A stretch of DNA of 64,000 nucleotides from the NCBI GenBank assembly GCA_028534125.1, contig CM052821.1, positions 55,738,001 through 55,802,000 of the forward strand, written 5' to 3'. The notes beneath the pieces are model-generated. The model was given only the letters and a program-made list of their open reading frames with translations. It did no database searches and was not told the origin of the DNA. The position numbers were made by a program, and so were the translations under genes. Of this stretch, positions 37,240 through 48,835 are shown one piece after another. Every line of letters starts with the position of its first letter. The first letter of the stretch is position 1. Source of the stretch: Lama glama (lineage: Eukaryota).

Positions 37240-40200
37240 CAACAAGAACTGCATAATCTGGGAGCCAGTAAACTGAGCAGTTAGCATAGAAAGATGCTAA
37301 AGGCTATTAATGTCACTGGAACGCCTTGCACAGTCAGAACTCGAGATCTCGGTTTTTCTGTCTCAGTGGTTGATAAAACTGGCCAAAAACCAGTAAAGAC
37401 AGAGAAGAGAGAGAAATGTCATCAGGCAACTTGCTTGATTCCCTTAAAATCCAACAGCCGGGAGAGCCAACAACGTTCAAGTCCAGAGCGACCAACAGCC
37501 AAGACAGTCTGCTTCCTGGGCCACAAAACGAGTCTGAAAGTTTGAAAGGATCAAAATCATGCAGAGGATGTTACATAAGAGAATTAAGTTAGAAATCAGT
37601 GGGAATGATTCTAAAATTCTCCAAATTTTTGAGAATTAGGCAGCACACCTCTAGAGACTCCTTGAGTCAAAGAAATCAGAGGGAAATCAGGAAATATTTT
37701 AAACTGGATGAATAATGAGAAGGTAACATTTGAATTTGCAGTGTGCAGCGAAAGCCGTGCTTGGGGAGCTCACATATTCCTATACGTGCATCCATCAGAA
37801 AAGAAGAAAGATTGAAAATCAGTAATTTTAGTTTCTACTTTCAGAAGCTAGAAAAAGAAGGGGAGATTAATACCCAAGTGAGCAGAGGAAGTAAACAAAA
37901 ATGATAAGAGCAACAACCACCAGAACAGAACATGGGCAAACGGCAGAGGAAACCAGCAAGACGGAAAGGTGGCTTAAATAAGGTCAGTAACAGTGACAAG
38001 TCTGCAGGCAGGGAAGCCGAAGCCGAAAGAAGAGCGGAAGTGAAGCCAGAGTCACGCACAAGGAGGGGCATCACTATGGACCCTACGGACGTTCAGAAGC
38101 TGGTGACGGAATCTTATTGACAACTTATGACAGTAACGCTAACAGCCTAGAGGAAATGGACAGACCCCTGAAGGACGAAGTCACCCAGCTCTGCACAGGA
38201 AGAGATGAGAAGCCCGAAAGCCCTGCAATTCCCTGAAGAAACGGCTTCGTGATTAAGCAGCTTCCCGCAAAGACGGCCGCAGGCCCCCGCGGCTTCCCCG
38301 GCCGGCTTTTAGAGCTGAAGGAGGAGATAATGCCGGTCGCACACAGATTCAGTGTGGAGGAAGAGGGGACACCGAGTTCTCAGCTCTTTTTATCAATCAA
38401 AGATACCAAAACGAGATGTGGGTGTTATTAGAAAAGATTATGAACCAATACCTTGATTAACAAAGCTGCGGAAGTCTCTGACGGAGCATTAGCAAACTGA
38501 GTCAGGTAAACTATAGAAATGCCAGTGCATCGCGATGGAGGGAACTTACCTCGGACGGGCAAGGTTGGTTGAGCATTGAAAAATAAATCAACGTGACTGA
38601 TCGCATGCACAGAATAAGGGGGAGAAGGATATGGTCGCGTCAAAAGATGCAGAAAAAGCACTCGACAAAATGCAACACCTGTTCACGAGGAGAACTCTCA
38701 GTAAACGGGAAGTAGAAGGCGGCTTCCTCAGAGGTAAAAGGCACTGACGGAATCCTAGTGCTTACATTGTATTTAATGGCAAGGTCATCAAATGCTTCCC
38801 CCTACGTTGAGAACAAGGCAGGAGTATTTGTTCTCACTAATTCTGTTCAGCATTGGACTTGAAGGTCTAGCTAGGGTGATCAGAGATGACAATGAAATAA
38901 AAGTTACAATGATTGGAAAGGAGAATGCTGAACTTCCCTTATTGATTGCATACGTAGAAAATCCTAAAGATTCTACCAAAGGAAAAAGAAAAGAGCTAAT
39001 AAAGATGCTGGATACAGGTTAATATGCAAAAATTAGTTTATTTCTGTATATAGGAATGAACGATTAGAAGGTGAAGTGTAGAGACCAGTACCACTTATAG
39101 TAACATAAAAGTCATAAAAATACTTACAGATACGTTTAACCAAAGCTACTTAGGATTTTTACATTGAAATTGCAAAACATTACTAAGAGAAATGAAGAAA
39201 TATTTGGTGAGATCTACCATGTTTATAAAGACTTAACATTAAGATATTAACTCTCCCCGTGCTGATCTGTGGAGTCAGTGCAGTCTCAATCACCTTGTAC
39301 CGAGCTTTTTTGTAGAAGCCAACAAGTTTATTCTGAACTGTAGATGGAAATGCAAAGGGCCTCAGATTGCAACATTTACAACATTTGGTTAAAGAAGAGC
39401 TAAGTTGGAGAACTTCACCTCTTGATTTCAGGATGTTCTCTGAAGCTGCAGGAACCAGGGCGGTGCAGTGTCAACATATGGGGGATTCTAGGATAATGGA
39501 GCCAGGTGGAGTCCAGAATAGTCAAGAGGCACACCGGGGGAAGTGTTTGTCATACACACACCTGGCAGAGGACTCCTCTCTGGGGTGTGTAGAAGTCCCC
39601 GTAGCTCAGGGTTACAAAGACACACAGCCCAATCAGGAAGTGGACAAAAGGCTCAGATGTTTCACAGCAGAAGATGGATGAATGGCCAGTTAACACTTGA
39701 AAAAGTGCTCAGCATCGTTAGTCACCAGGGAAATGCAGACCAGACCACAGTGAGGGACCGCCACGCACTCCCCAGAGTGGCTCAGGTTGAAGGATTGGCG
39801 GCGCTCAGCATGGCAAGTACGTGGAGTCTCACACATGGCCGGTGGGCACGCTGAACTGGCGACTTCTCACAAAGCTAAGCAGGCACCTGCCCCTGGACCA
39901 ACAGCTCTGCCCCTAGGTCTTTACACAAGAGACGCGATTGTGTGTGTTTGCACTCACAGCCTGTGCACGAGAGACCGTCGCGCTTTACTCACATCAGCCC
40001 AAACTGAGAGCAGCTCCACATCTACCAGCAAAGACGGAGAAACAGCTTCCTACAGTGGGCGCTGGCCAGCGACACCGGGGCTGAGTCTCAGCGACGTCGT
40101 CGTGTGCGCCGACAAGAGCGGAGCGCTGGGGCGCGTGCGCGCGCCGCCCCCCCCCCCCCCGGAGAACTAGCGGCCCGGTGGGCGGGGCGGGGGCAACCCC

Positions 40201-40345
40201 CCGCAAGGGGCGTGTTCTTGTTGGCAGGGGTGTTGGTTCCCCTGCGGCTTTTGCTTGTCAGAACTCATTGGACAGGATTCTCTGGTTTCTGTGTTACACC
40301 TGATGAATTGTACGTCAGCAAAAGCTAATATAGTTTAAAAACACG
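37240..40345 (+). mobile_element. Ancient L1M (L1MC/MD-like) ORF2 to 3' UTR relic, ~3 kb, disrupted
   Basis: A-rich sense strand with collinear ORF2 remnants: LGHKTSL (endonuclease), ITMDPTDVQKL, IKQLPAK..GP.GF, and LRTRQEYLFSLILFSIGLEGLARVIR...YVENPKDSTK (RT). Ends in an L1M-type tail at about 40340. Confidence 0.9.
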
Positions 40346-40709
40346 GGCTAGAAATACTCAGACTGAACCCCCACCCCAAACCATAAAACCAAACAAACAC
40401 AGAGCCAACACGTGAACCCAGAGTACGCTGAAGTCATTTTTCCAAGTCTTTTGAACTTGAGCTTCAGTGTTGAGACCTTAAGGAAAGGTTCACCGCGAGC
40501 CGCGAGGCAGAGGGGCGCGCCCTCTGAATAAAGCAGTCACCCCCACGGGGCTCTGTCCCTGGGGCTAGGCTGGTTGGCGGAGCCCCGCCTTGCCTGCCCC
40601 GGGCCCCTCGTGCCGGGCTGCGCGCCTGCCTGCGACCAGGGGGAGTGTCAGGACCCTGAGCTCAAATGTGAAAGGTAGGGCGTCACGTTTTATTTTTTTT
40701 AAGTGGCAG

Positions 40710-40843
40710 TTTCTTTTATATTGATTTACTTGATTTGGGGGGGTAAATTAGGCTTTATTTATTTATTTGTTTATTCATTATTTTTAACGGAGGTGCTGGG
40801 GTTGCTAAGCACACACTCTACCACTGAGCTACACCCTGCCCCC
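40710..40843 (-). mobile_element. tRNA-derived SINE (camelid Vic-1-like) with internal deletion
   Basis: Reverse complement reads gggggcagggtgtagctcagtggtagagtgtgtgcttagca-accccagcacctcc...taaataaagcctaatttacccccc; same family as the copies at 42563 and 62774. Confidence 0.85.
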
Positions 40844-41025
40844 ACTAAAATATCACATTTTGGGGAGAAGTGAGGCTGTGAGGTGATAAGAACCATTATA
40901 TGCACTGGCGGGGGTGTAAACTAGTGAAAAAAAACTCAAAAAATAATTCGGCTTTTCCTGGGAAAGCCGAGGAGATGCGTTCTTCTTGACCAGCTGCTCC
41001 TCTCCTGGGTTGTGGGTCCTTGGAG

Positions 41026-41180
41026 CTGCACTGTCACCAGCCATGTGGTTATTTAAATGAACATCAGTGAGAAATAAAAGACTTAAAGCATTTTAGTTCC
41101 TCAGTCCCACCGGCCACCTTTGCAGCGCTCAGGACCCCGCTGTGGCCTGTGGCAGCCGAGTGGATGGTGCGGTCGCAGGG
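41026..41180. mobile_element. MER3/MER33-like hAT MITE relic
   Basis: ctgcactgtc..agccatgtggttatttaaat...tttagttcctcagtcccaccggccacctttgcagcgctca. Confidence 0.7.
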
Positions 41181-41210
41181 CGCCCCCGTCCCCGCAGTGT
41201 CCGCATGGTG

Positions 41211-41373
41211 CAGGACTCCCACGTGTGCTTCCCGGGCCTGTAGCAGCAGCAGCACCGGCAGCTCGTTGGAGATGCAGGTGTCCGGCCCCGGCCCAGCCGG
41301 CCCCTGACTCAGATGTGCCGGGGCGGGCCTCCGCGTGATTCCGGGGCACACAGCAGCCTGAGAACCCGCGCTC
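41211..41373. mobile_element. MER5A-like hAT MITE relic
   Basis: agcagcagcagcacc...ctcgttggagatgcaggtgtccggccccggccc...ctgactcaga...gtgattccggggcaca...tgagaacc. Confidence 0.65.
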
Positions 41374-41399
41374 TCCAGAGACCCTTAAACTGTGCACGA

Positions 41400-42450
41400 A
41401 GGTTACTGAATTGTGACAGCAAGAAACGGGGAAGGACCTACAGACCCGGCGCAGCAGTGTGGGTAAGCAGGTGGTGGGGCACCCGCGAGGCAGTGAGAGT
41501 TAGTCGCGGTCTGCGGTCACGTGAAGCGACAGGAGTGCACTTCAGGGATGTAGTGTTGGTTGGAACAGAAGCCCTCGACCCGTACGCACCTTGTGCTGTC
41601 TTGATCTAAAACTCAGATCCAGAAGGAAACAACTGCGGTGCCAAGATGGAGAAAGTCGAGGAAACGGCAGACACACGACGTGGGCTGGTCTCTGCCTTCG
41701 GGGGTTGGGAGTGAAAGGAGAGGGCCGGACTGACCCTGGGGAACGTGACCCCGTGAGAGGTTAGTTCCTTCTTGAGCAGGTGATGGCAGGTCTCAGAATT
41801 CTTGTTCTCTTGGGATTCTTTTACTTCCAAGTATTTAAAAAATATTTTGTGTTAACTCAATATTTAGCTAAACAATTTAAAAAGGGTGAAATATCAAAGT
41901 TCTTGGTTGGTCATGAGTTAAGTTTTTCCGAAAAGTAAAACAGAGCCCCGAAAACGTTATTTTAAATACCCACAGAGTTGATGGATATTTCATTCATGTA
42001 ATCTTAAAGTGTATTTGTCTGATTTTGCTTGAATTTTCCTTCGTGGCATTTATTCCTCCTTTTGGGACACAAGAGGATTAGGAATAAAATGCCTGGCAAA
42101 GCTCCCCCGATCAAACTCGAGCAGAAGCAAAATAGAAATGATAATTGTAAGATTAAAAAGACTAAGGAAAATTGTACTGAGTTAATTAAAGGCAGCCATT
42201 TTACTGTAGCAAAACGATATTAAATATATATGTCCTAAGTCATGGAGATAAGAAAACAGAAAGTCAGAATCTGATAGAAAGATTGTAGTGGTAACGGAGA
42301 GCTTTCATTCTTTCTTGTCAGTGTTTGAGTTATCAAGTAGGAAAAAAATAATGGCCAAGGATCTGAACAGTGTAATTTTTATGGTCAAATTAACATTTAT
42401 TCACCGGGAATCTAGAGATGGGAGAGTGGCAAGACTTTACAAGAAATGAC
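41400..42450 (+). mobile_element. Highly decayed L1ME-like fragments (3' end, then endonuclease-region remnant)
   Basis: A-rich; taaatatatatgtcctaa (NIYAP-like) and gtaacggagagctttcattctttcttgtcagt (IVGDFNTPLS-like). Confidence 0.5.
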
Positions 42451-42562
42451 ACCGACTTCCACATGCAGACACGTGGACGTACACACATTCCGCGTCCTCT
42501 TATATGTGCACAGATAAACGTGTGATGCAGAACAAGGGAATTTTCATTTAAACAGTGAAGAT

Positions 42563-42770
42563 GGGGGGAGGGTATAGCTCAAGAGGTAGAGCACATGCTT
42601 AGCATACACAAGGTCCTGCGTTCAATCCCCAGTACCTCCCCTTAAATAAATAAATAAATAAATAAATAAAGAAGGAAGGAAGGAAGGAAGGAAGGAAGGA
42701 AGGAAGGAAGGAAGGAAGTAAAACCTAATTACCTCCCCCTAAAAAACAATAACAAAACAAAACAAAACAA
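42563..42770 (+). mobile_element. tRNA-Ala-derived SINE (camelid Vic-1-like), full length with TSD
   Basis: Pol III A box tagctcaagagg and B box-like gcgttcaatccc; family motif aaacctaattacctccccc; (CAAAA)n tail; 13-bp TSD aaacagtgaagat (42550-42562) / aaacaatgaagat (42771-42783) at a TT|AAA site. Confidence 0.93.
42643..42718. repeat. Compound microsatellite (TAAA)7(GAAG)12 inside the SINE
   Basis: Perfect units counted directly. Confidence 0.97.
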
Positions 42771-43099
42771 AAACAATGAAGATTAAAAACTTCCAGCGCA
42801 CCAGGGCCAGGATGTTGACCGTTACTCTGTTTCCTGCAAGTTTGAAGTATGGCCTCTAACCAGGTAAAGGGGCCGTGGGGTCTCTTCTCACAAGTGGGTG
42901 TGAGTCTGCAGTTACACAAAATGAGAAGTTTAAGGAAAAAACAACAGCGTGGCCCCTGTTCCCCTGTACCGTTAGTGTATGTGCAGTGACGTTTGTGCAG
43001 GGGGCCACGTTGTGTGACGCCCACCGAGCCTGAGCCTTCAGCTGGTGGTGACTCGCCAGTAGGCTGATGGGAGAGGCAGCAGGTGGCAGAGCAGTGAGG

Positions 43100-43745
43100 T
43101 CAGCGCTGTAGCAGGTGGAAAGCAGGGCCACTCAGTGAGAACACACACAGGGGTGTTCGGTGCTCTAGCAAACAACACAGGCTCTTACCTGCTGGCCGGG
43201 AGTCATCCAAAAGGCAAGTTGGAGAAGACACAAGATGCCGTAGCCACGGGCCTGTTCACTGCCGCGTTGTTTGTGACGGCGTCAGAAGCCCCCTGGATGT
43301 CCAGCAGCTCAGGGCTGGTTGAACAATCAGACGCACCCACGGGATGGTGCGTCACGCGGGGCGCGGAGGGGGCAGGTGCTCTCTAGGAGTGGCTGGTGGG
43401 CTCTGGGTGGCGCTGCGTCCTGGGAGGAGAAGGCGCAGACCGCGTGCGTGGTGTCCCGTCACTACTCGGTCGGTCGGTCGGTTGGTGGGAGAGCACAAGC
43501 AGACGCATGGACACACAGACAGACACGCCTTTCCTGAGCACACGTGAATTTCTTTATATTCCAAACAAAGCAAAATGTCAGTGAAAGCGTGAGCCAGAGC
43601 CCGGTGCAAAAGCTGTGGCCTTTGTGGAGGGCCGGGCAGGGCGCGGGGCATGGGTGCAGCCTGACTTCCCCAAGTGCACCTTGTTTGGATTGCTTATTTT
43701 TTAAACTGTGGAATCATGCATTTCCTAACTGTAAAACCAAACTAA
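43100..43745 (+). mobile_element. L1ME-like 3' region, GC-shifted
   Basis: gcctgttcactgccgcgttgtttgtgacggcg...gatgtccagcagctcagggctggttgaacaatc versus recalled ttattcattgcagcattgtttgtaatagca...aatgtccatcaataggggactggttaaataaac. Confidence 0.7.
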
Positions 43746-43779
43746 ACCTGAATAGGAAAGCAGGCCTTGAAAAGCTAGA

Positions 43780-45000
43780 ATGAAATTGAAACTTAAAAAA
43801 TGAACCTAACAGTGTACAAGTTGGTGGCTTAATCACAGAGAAGAATGACTTCAAATAGACTCTCCAGCAGTTTGAATGTACAGCCCCGGAAGGGCACATC
43901 TCAAGCACAGAATGAATTGCCAGAGTGTTTAAGCCCCTCTCAGTAATCAGATTGTTGGTGATCATATTAGTGCTGTCTTGAAACTGCTATTTATATACAC
44001 ACATTACACGTGAAGGCATACATTAGGATAAAGCAAATAAGTCATTATGATAATGTTATAGGAGCTAAGATTTGTAACATAAAAGAGAATCAAGCATAAA
44101 GTCAAAGAAGTAAAAACGCTGTAATCTTAGATATGAATTAAGACTCCGTAGAACTGGTGATGTATTCTTTTTAAGAAAAATAAAATATCTTCTACTTCCC
44201 ACCACTGAGAACTATCGGGACCAGGGATGAACCCGGTGGAGACAGGCGGCTCTGTGGGGCCTCTGTCCCCCCCCCCCACCCCCCTTGAGAAGGAGCCCGG
44301 CCCCTCAGAGAAGCGCCCTCTCCTGTCGGGGCAGGAGGGCTGGTTCCCGGGCCTCCGGTCAGAGCCTCTCAGAGACGACCGGCCCCGGCTGGCCAGAGAC
44401 GGGAACCTGAGCACCAGGGGGAGTTACGACGCCGGCGGATTAAAACGTGCCGAGTATATCAAAGTCAGAATTCATGACGGTTTTTACATTAAACTCTCAC
44501 AGGCTTGCAAGTGTCGTGCTTTTCGGGGAACCAGGTCGTTTTTGAGGAAAAGTTATTCCTTACAGGAAAAATGCAGATAGCAATGCAGAGAATGAAAGAA
44601 CGTGTTGTCACCCCAGTGAAATAGCGGGTTAGGGGTGCTCACCCATGGTTCTGAAGACCTTGCGAGGTGGCTCGCAGGGAACGCCACGCAGAGGGACTCC
44701 ACCGGCAGCACCTGGACCCGCTCATCAGCGCAGCGTCACAGAGGGAGAGACCCGAGACCCGCGAAGCACACAGGGCGCGCGTCCCCGTCAGTTCCGGCGA
44801 AACGAAACTGCACCTGTCACCGGTCCAGCTTACAGGAAACCCCGGCAGAGGGGACACGAGCCCTGCTCAGCAGCAGAACCAGAGCTGAAACGCCCCTGGG
44901 ACAGGACAGAAACGGGAGGGAGGGGACCAGAGATTTAGAGGCGGGAGAGGCTGGGGAGTGCGCTTCTCCGGAGTCTCCGTCAGGGGACACTTGATTCGGA
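43780..45000 (+). mobile_element. L1MC4/L1MC5-like long 3' UTR
   Basis: aaatgaacctaacagtgta..., ttcccaccactgagaacta..., aagttattccttacaggaaaaatgcagatagcaatgcagagaatgaaagaa resemble the recalled L1MC4-type 3' end. A probable terminal piece continues at 45520-45695. Confidence 0.65.
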
Positions 45001-45029
45001 CACTAGAGAGGGAGGAGCGCTCCCTGCCT

Positions 45030-45408
45030 GGGGTTCTTGTTACAAAAGACGGAGTCACAGAAGACGGGCGCACAGATGGATGTGATACAAGCCGCGGAGC
45101 GACACGGGGCCTTAGGGGAAGTGAGGGCCCAGAGGGACGGTCAGACCAGAGGGTCACGTGCTGGGTTGGAGGTGGGGGCAGGAGGTGCGTCTGTGAGCTG
45201 GGTCCCAGGAAGGCCTGGGGTCCACCTTCCTCTCCTTGTCCGTCGTCATCGGAGATATAGACGCTCCTTTGTTCCAGGGAGGGAGCGACCACTCTCCCGG
45301 AGGATTGGTGACCTGCTTCAGGGGACAGGCACACCGTCCTCCCAGCACCTGTCATTTCCCAAACTCCTTCAGCATGACACGTTCAGGTGACGTGTCCTGA
45401 GCCCCGTC
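45030..45408 (-). mobile_element. ERV1-type LTR relic (MER34/MER31-like)
   Basis: cacctgtcatttcccaaactccttcagcatga...ggtgacgtgtcctgagccccgtc resembles the reverse complement of the recalled MER34-type 5' end (tgaggggttcaggacatg...gctgaaggaatttgagaaa). Confidence 0.45.
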
Positions 45409-45411
45409 GGA

Positions 45412-45455
45412 GACCTGCTTCGCCACCGTCAGGGACCTGCTTCGCCACCGTCAGG
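45412..45455. repeat. Perfect 22-bp tandem duplication
   Basis: gacctgcttcgccaccgtcagg repeated twice. Confidence 0.97.
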
Positions 45456-46595
45456 AGTTACTGTCACGTTTTTAGACGTGGCATGGTCTTGTCAGGTCCT
45501 CAGCTCTGAGGGAGACTGTCATGGATGACCTGTGATGCCAGGGAGGCCCTTGGAATATTCTGGCAGCATGTGGGCGGCGTGGGGATTGGTTAATGGCTGA
45601 AACAGGGTGGCCACGTGATCCTTGTGGGGCCGGAGGGACAGGTACCTGGGCTGCTTTATTCTGTGCTTTCTAGTTTGCGGAAATTTTGAAAAGGGCTGTG
45701 GACGGAAAATTGGCTTGTTCACCGAGAGCTGCCGCTCCCTCCCTCCCTGACCTTTCTGCCCTTTCGGCGAAGTTCAGTCTGCAGAGAGGACTGAAGCTTT
45801 GAGTAGTTCACTGGTGTGATGTCATTTCTTGCTTCAAAGGAAAAATAGTCAGGACCCACAGCAGGGTCTTTTTCCTTTTAATTTGCCAGGAGCGTCCTTG
45901 ACAAACTAAACAACGGTGGAGACGGTCAGGTTGGACAGGGTAGAAACACGCCTGTCAGGTGGTGCCCAGAGACCAGACGCTGACACGTGGTCTCGAAGAT
46001 GCCGGCCATCAGGGACATGGTGTGTAGACGTGGGAAATGGGAGGGCCTGTCACAAGGGCAGCTGGGGCCAGTGCCAGTTAGTGCTGACCCTGGCCCCCAC
46101 GGTGCCTGGGAGCCTATATAGTTCATGGAGTTTTGACAGAGCAGCATTAAAAGGATGTCTTTGATTTCATCCATGAAGGAGACAGGCATTTGCAGGCAGC
46201 ACACTTGCGATGGGAACTGGTGGTGCGGACCCCACTCCCCCGGGGTCTCCCGGAGGTGGCGGCGGCCCGTGCGCCGGCGGGCTGAGGGGCACAGGGTCTG
46301 CTCTGCCTGCCTGTGCTGGGGGACTCTGCGTCTGTCCTGAGGCCCCGGGCGGATGTATTTAAATCAAAGCCATTGTTTGACTCTTAACTGGGCTTTGCTG
46401 ATGGATCTTGTCCTCCTTTATGACTCTGTGAGCCTTAGGCGTTTGCGACTCCTCAGGGACTGTTGATTTTTTTGTTGTTGTTGATTAATTGAATATGTAA
46501 GCCAATTTTTTGGCATTTAAAAGGACCGAGGAACGCAGCCCTGAAAGAACGCCTTTCGGAATTAAAGCTGGATCGTCGTCTGGGTGGTCATCAAC

Positions 46596-47040
46596 TGTGA
46601 TGGTCAGTTTTGTTTCAGCCCGGCTGGGCCATGATACCCAGATATTTGTTCAAATGTTATTCTGGATGTTTCTGTGAAGGTATTCTTGGATGAGATTAAC
46701 ATTTAAGTTGGTGGCCTTTGCATAAAGCAAACTGCCCTCCGTAACATGGGTGGGCCTGTCTAATCAGTTGAAGGCCCGAATAAAACAAAGGCCAACCTCC
46801 CCTGAGCAAGAAGCAATTCTGCTTCCAGAAGGCCTTTGCCCTTCAACTGCAACATCAGCTCTTCCCTGGGTCTCCAGCCTGCTGGGCTTCCCCAGCAGAT
46901 GTTGGACTCTCCAAGCCTCTACAGTCTGCCTTTATAGACGTGTCTGTCTGTCTATCTCTCTCTCTGGATGTGTGTGCTGTGCTGTCCCGACACACACATA
47001 TCCTCTTGGTCCTGTTTCTCCAGAGATCTCTGATACGTCA
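46596..47040 (+). mobile_element. ERVL solo LTR (MLT2B/MLT2D-like), full length
   Basis: Starts tgtgatggtcagtttt; contains tacccagatatttg..caaa..ttattctggatgtttctgtga, ggatgagattaacattta, aatcagttgaaggcc; TG...CA ends with a TCAAC 5-bp TSD (46591-46595 / 47041-47045). Confidence 0.9.
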
Positions 47041-48649
47041 TCAACCAAGGAATCAACATTTATTAGGAATTTTAAAATAGTTCAGTGTTCTGTGTTGTTT
47101 TGTGTCTTTTCCAGCTTTAAAATGTTCATTTCAGTTGGGAATGATTCGTCCTTTAGAGGAACAGCCACAGCCCCAGGCCTGGGGGCAGACTGTGGGTCCC
47201 CATCCTCCCCAGCCTGCAGAGAGGAGTGTCCCACCAGGGACTCCCGGACTGAACTCAGATGGCCATGACCTCTGTCTTTCAGCCACGTGGAGTGTTCTCA
47301 GACACGGACAGACACGTGCCAGCAAGTGTCCGTCCAGCATGAGCTGGTAGCGATTGGCGTGGAGATAATGGATCAGTTGCTCCGGGGCCGGCTGGATGAG
47401 CACCAGGCTCATTTATGCGTCAGGCTTCGGCTGCATAATGAAATGTGATTTACAGTTCCATTCCGAGCCCCTGCCCCAACCACGGGCGTGTTGGTGTGAA
47501 TTTTAAAATGGCCGTGCTCTGCATTCCTGGGAGGTAATTGTGTAATGCACCGGCCTGGTGATGAATATTTCAAAGGAAATCATAGCAAAGGTTTTGCTTG
47601 CACAGCTGAAGTTGGGGCACTCAAGTCTGCACAGAGAATGGGAAGCCATTCCTGTCATTTGAATGGCCTCAGAAATACATCTACATAAATACATGTACAT
47701 AGGAAAATCTCCTGGGCCAGAAGGCCGTTGGGTTTTATTTCAGTGCCCAAAATTATAAGGAAGGTTTAATGAGGCAATTAAAGGTGAAAAATGGTTCCTT
47801 CTATCACAATTTCTCTGTTATAAAAAATAGAAGGAAAACTGTTTCTTTGCCTGATTTCCTACATTTTAAAAAGTGTATGTCGTGCGTAAGTCATTTGCAT
47901 TTAGTTAATCGTGTAGAGTCGTTTTGAACTTCCACTTTGTCATTTTATAAGCGAAAACTAGGCCCGCTGCGGAACCTGACACGCAGTTTGAAGAAAACGC
48001 GTGATGTTAGGAGGCGTCTGGATTTATCTTCTGCTTCCAGCGGTAACGGGAGGGGACGGGCAGGGTGGCCCCGGGGACAGCTCTTCTGTGTTGTGTTCTT
48101 GTCCTTTGAGCTTCTCTCAAAAATCAAGGCTTCTTCGTAAAACTGCAGACATGCCAACAGCCCCCCTTGCTAAAGGACTGGGGAAAGGGCCTTGGAAGGA
48201 AGGTCAAGGGGAAGACGAGTGGTTGGGGGCCGCCCCACACCTATGCCTGTGGCCCTGGGGAGCGACCTGAGCAGGGGTCGCCCAGGGTGGTGGGAGTCAG
48301 AGTCCAAGGACCGGGGTGCCGGAGGCCTTAGAGCCAGTGGCAGCAAGGGGACAGGGGCCCGACAGGTTCCCTGGGCTGGGCGGAGGCCACAGGGCTGAGT
48401 GGTCCCTCTGCAGTCAGGTCTCTTGGTGACCCTTGAAAAGGCCATTTCAAATGAGTCCTCTTTTTCTTTTATTTTAATTATGCAAAGTCTTAAGTACACA
48501 GCAAAGTGTGGACAGTCAGAACGCTTGCGTGCTCACCATACCCAGGCTTGTCGCATCTGAAGGTTCTTTTTTCCTTTTTGTTTCAGATTCTTTATTATTT
48601 AAAAATTGAATTTGACATTATCATGGAAGCTTCCTTCCTTCTTTTCAGA

Positions 48650-48835
48650 AGTAACCGCGACCTTGAACTTGGTTTTTACAGTGTCTAAACGTGCTTTCGT
48701 ATTTTCACCCCGTACATACATCAGTAAACAGTATGTGTGACCGTAATGACTGTTCTGAAACTTCTCATAAACGCACCGCACTTGCATATTCTTCTGCAGC
48801 CTGCCTCTTTGTTCAGCGTTACAGTTGTAGCTGTA
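48650..48835 (-). mobile_element. L1ME-like 3' fragment
   Basis: catcagtaaacagtatgtg...aaacttctcataaacgcaccgcacttgcatattcttctgcagcctgcctctttgttcagcgtta. Confidence 0.5.

Noticed and set aside
37240-40345. Active or domesticated reverse transcriptase
   Set aside because: The ORF2 remnants are broken by many stops, frameshifts and deletions, and the catalytic YADD/FADD motif is not intact.
45780-46240. L3/CR1 reverse-transcriptase relic
   Set aside because: There is only a faint resemblance by eye, too weak to list without a Dfam search.
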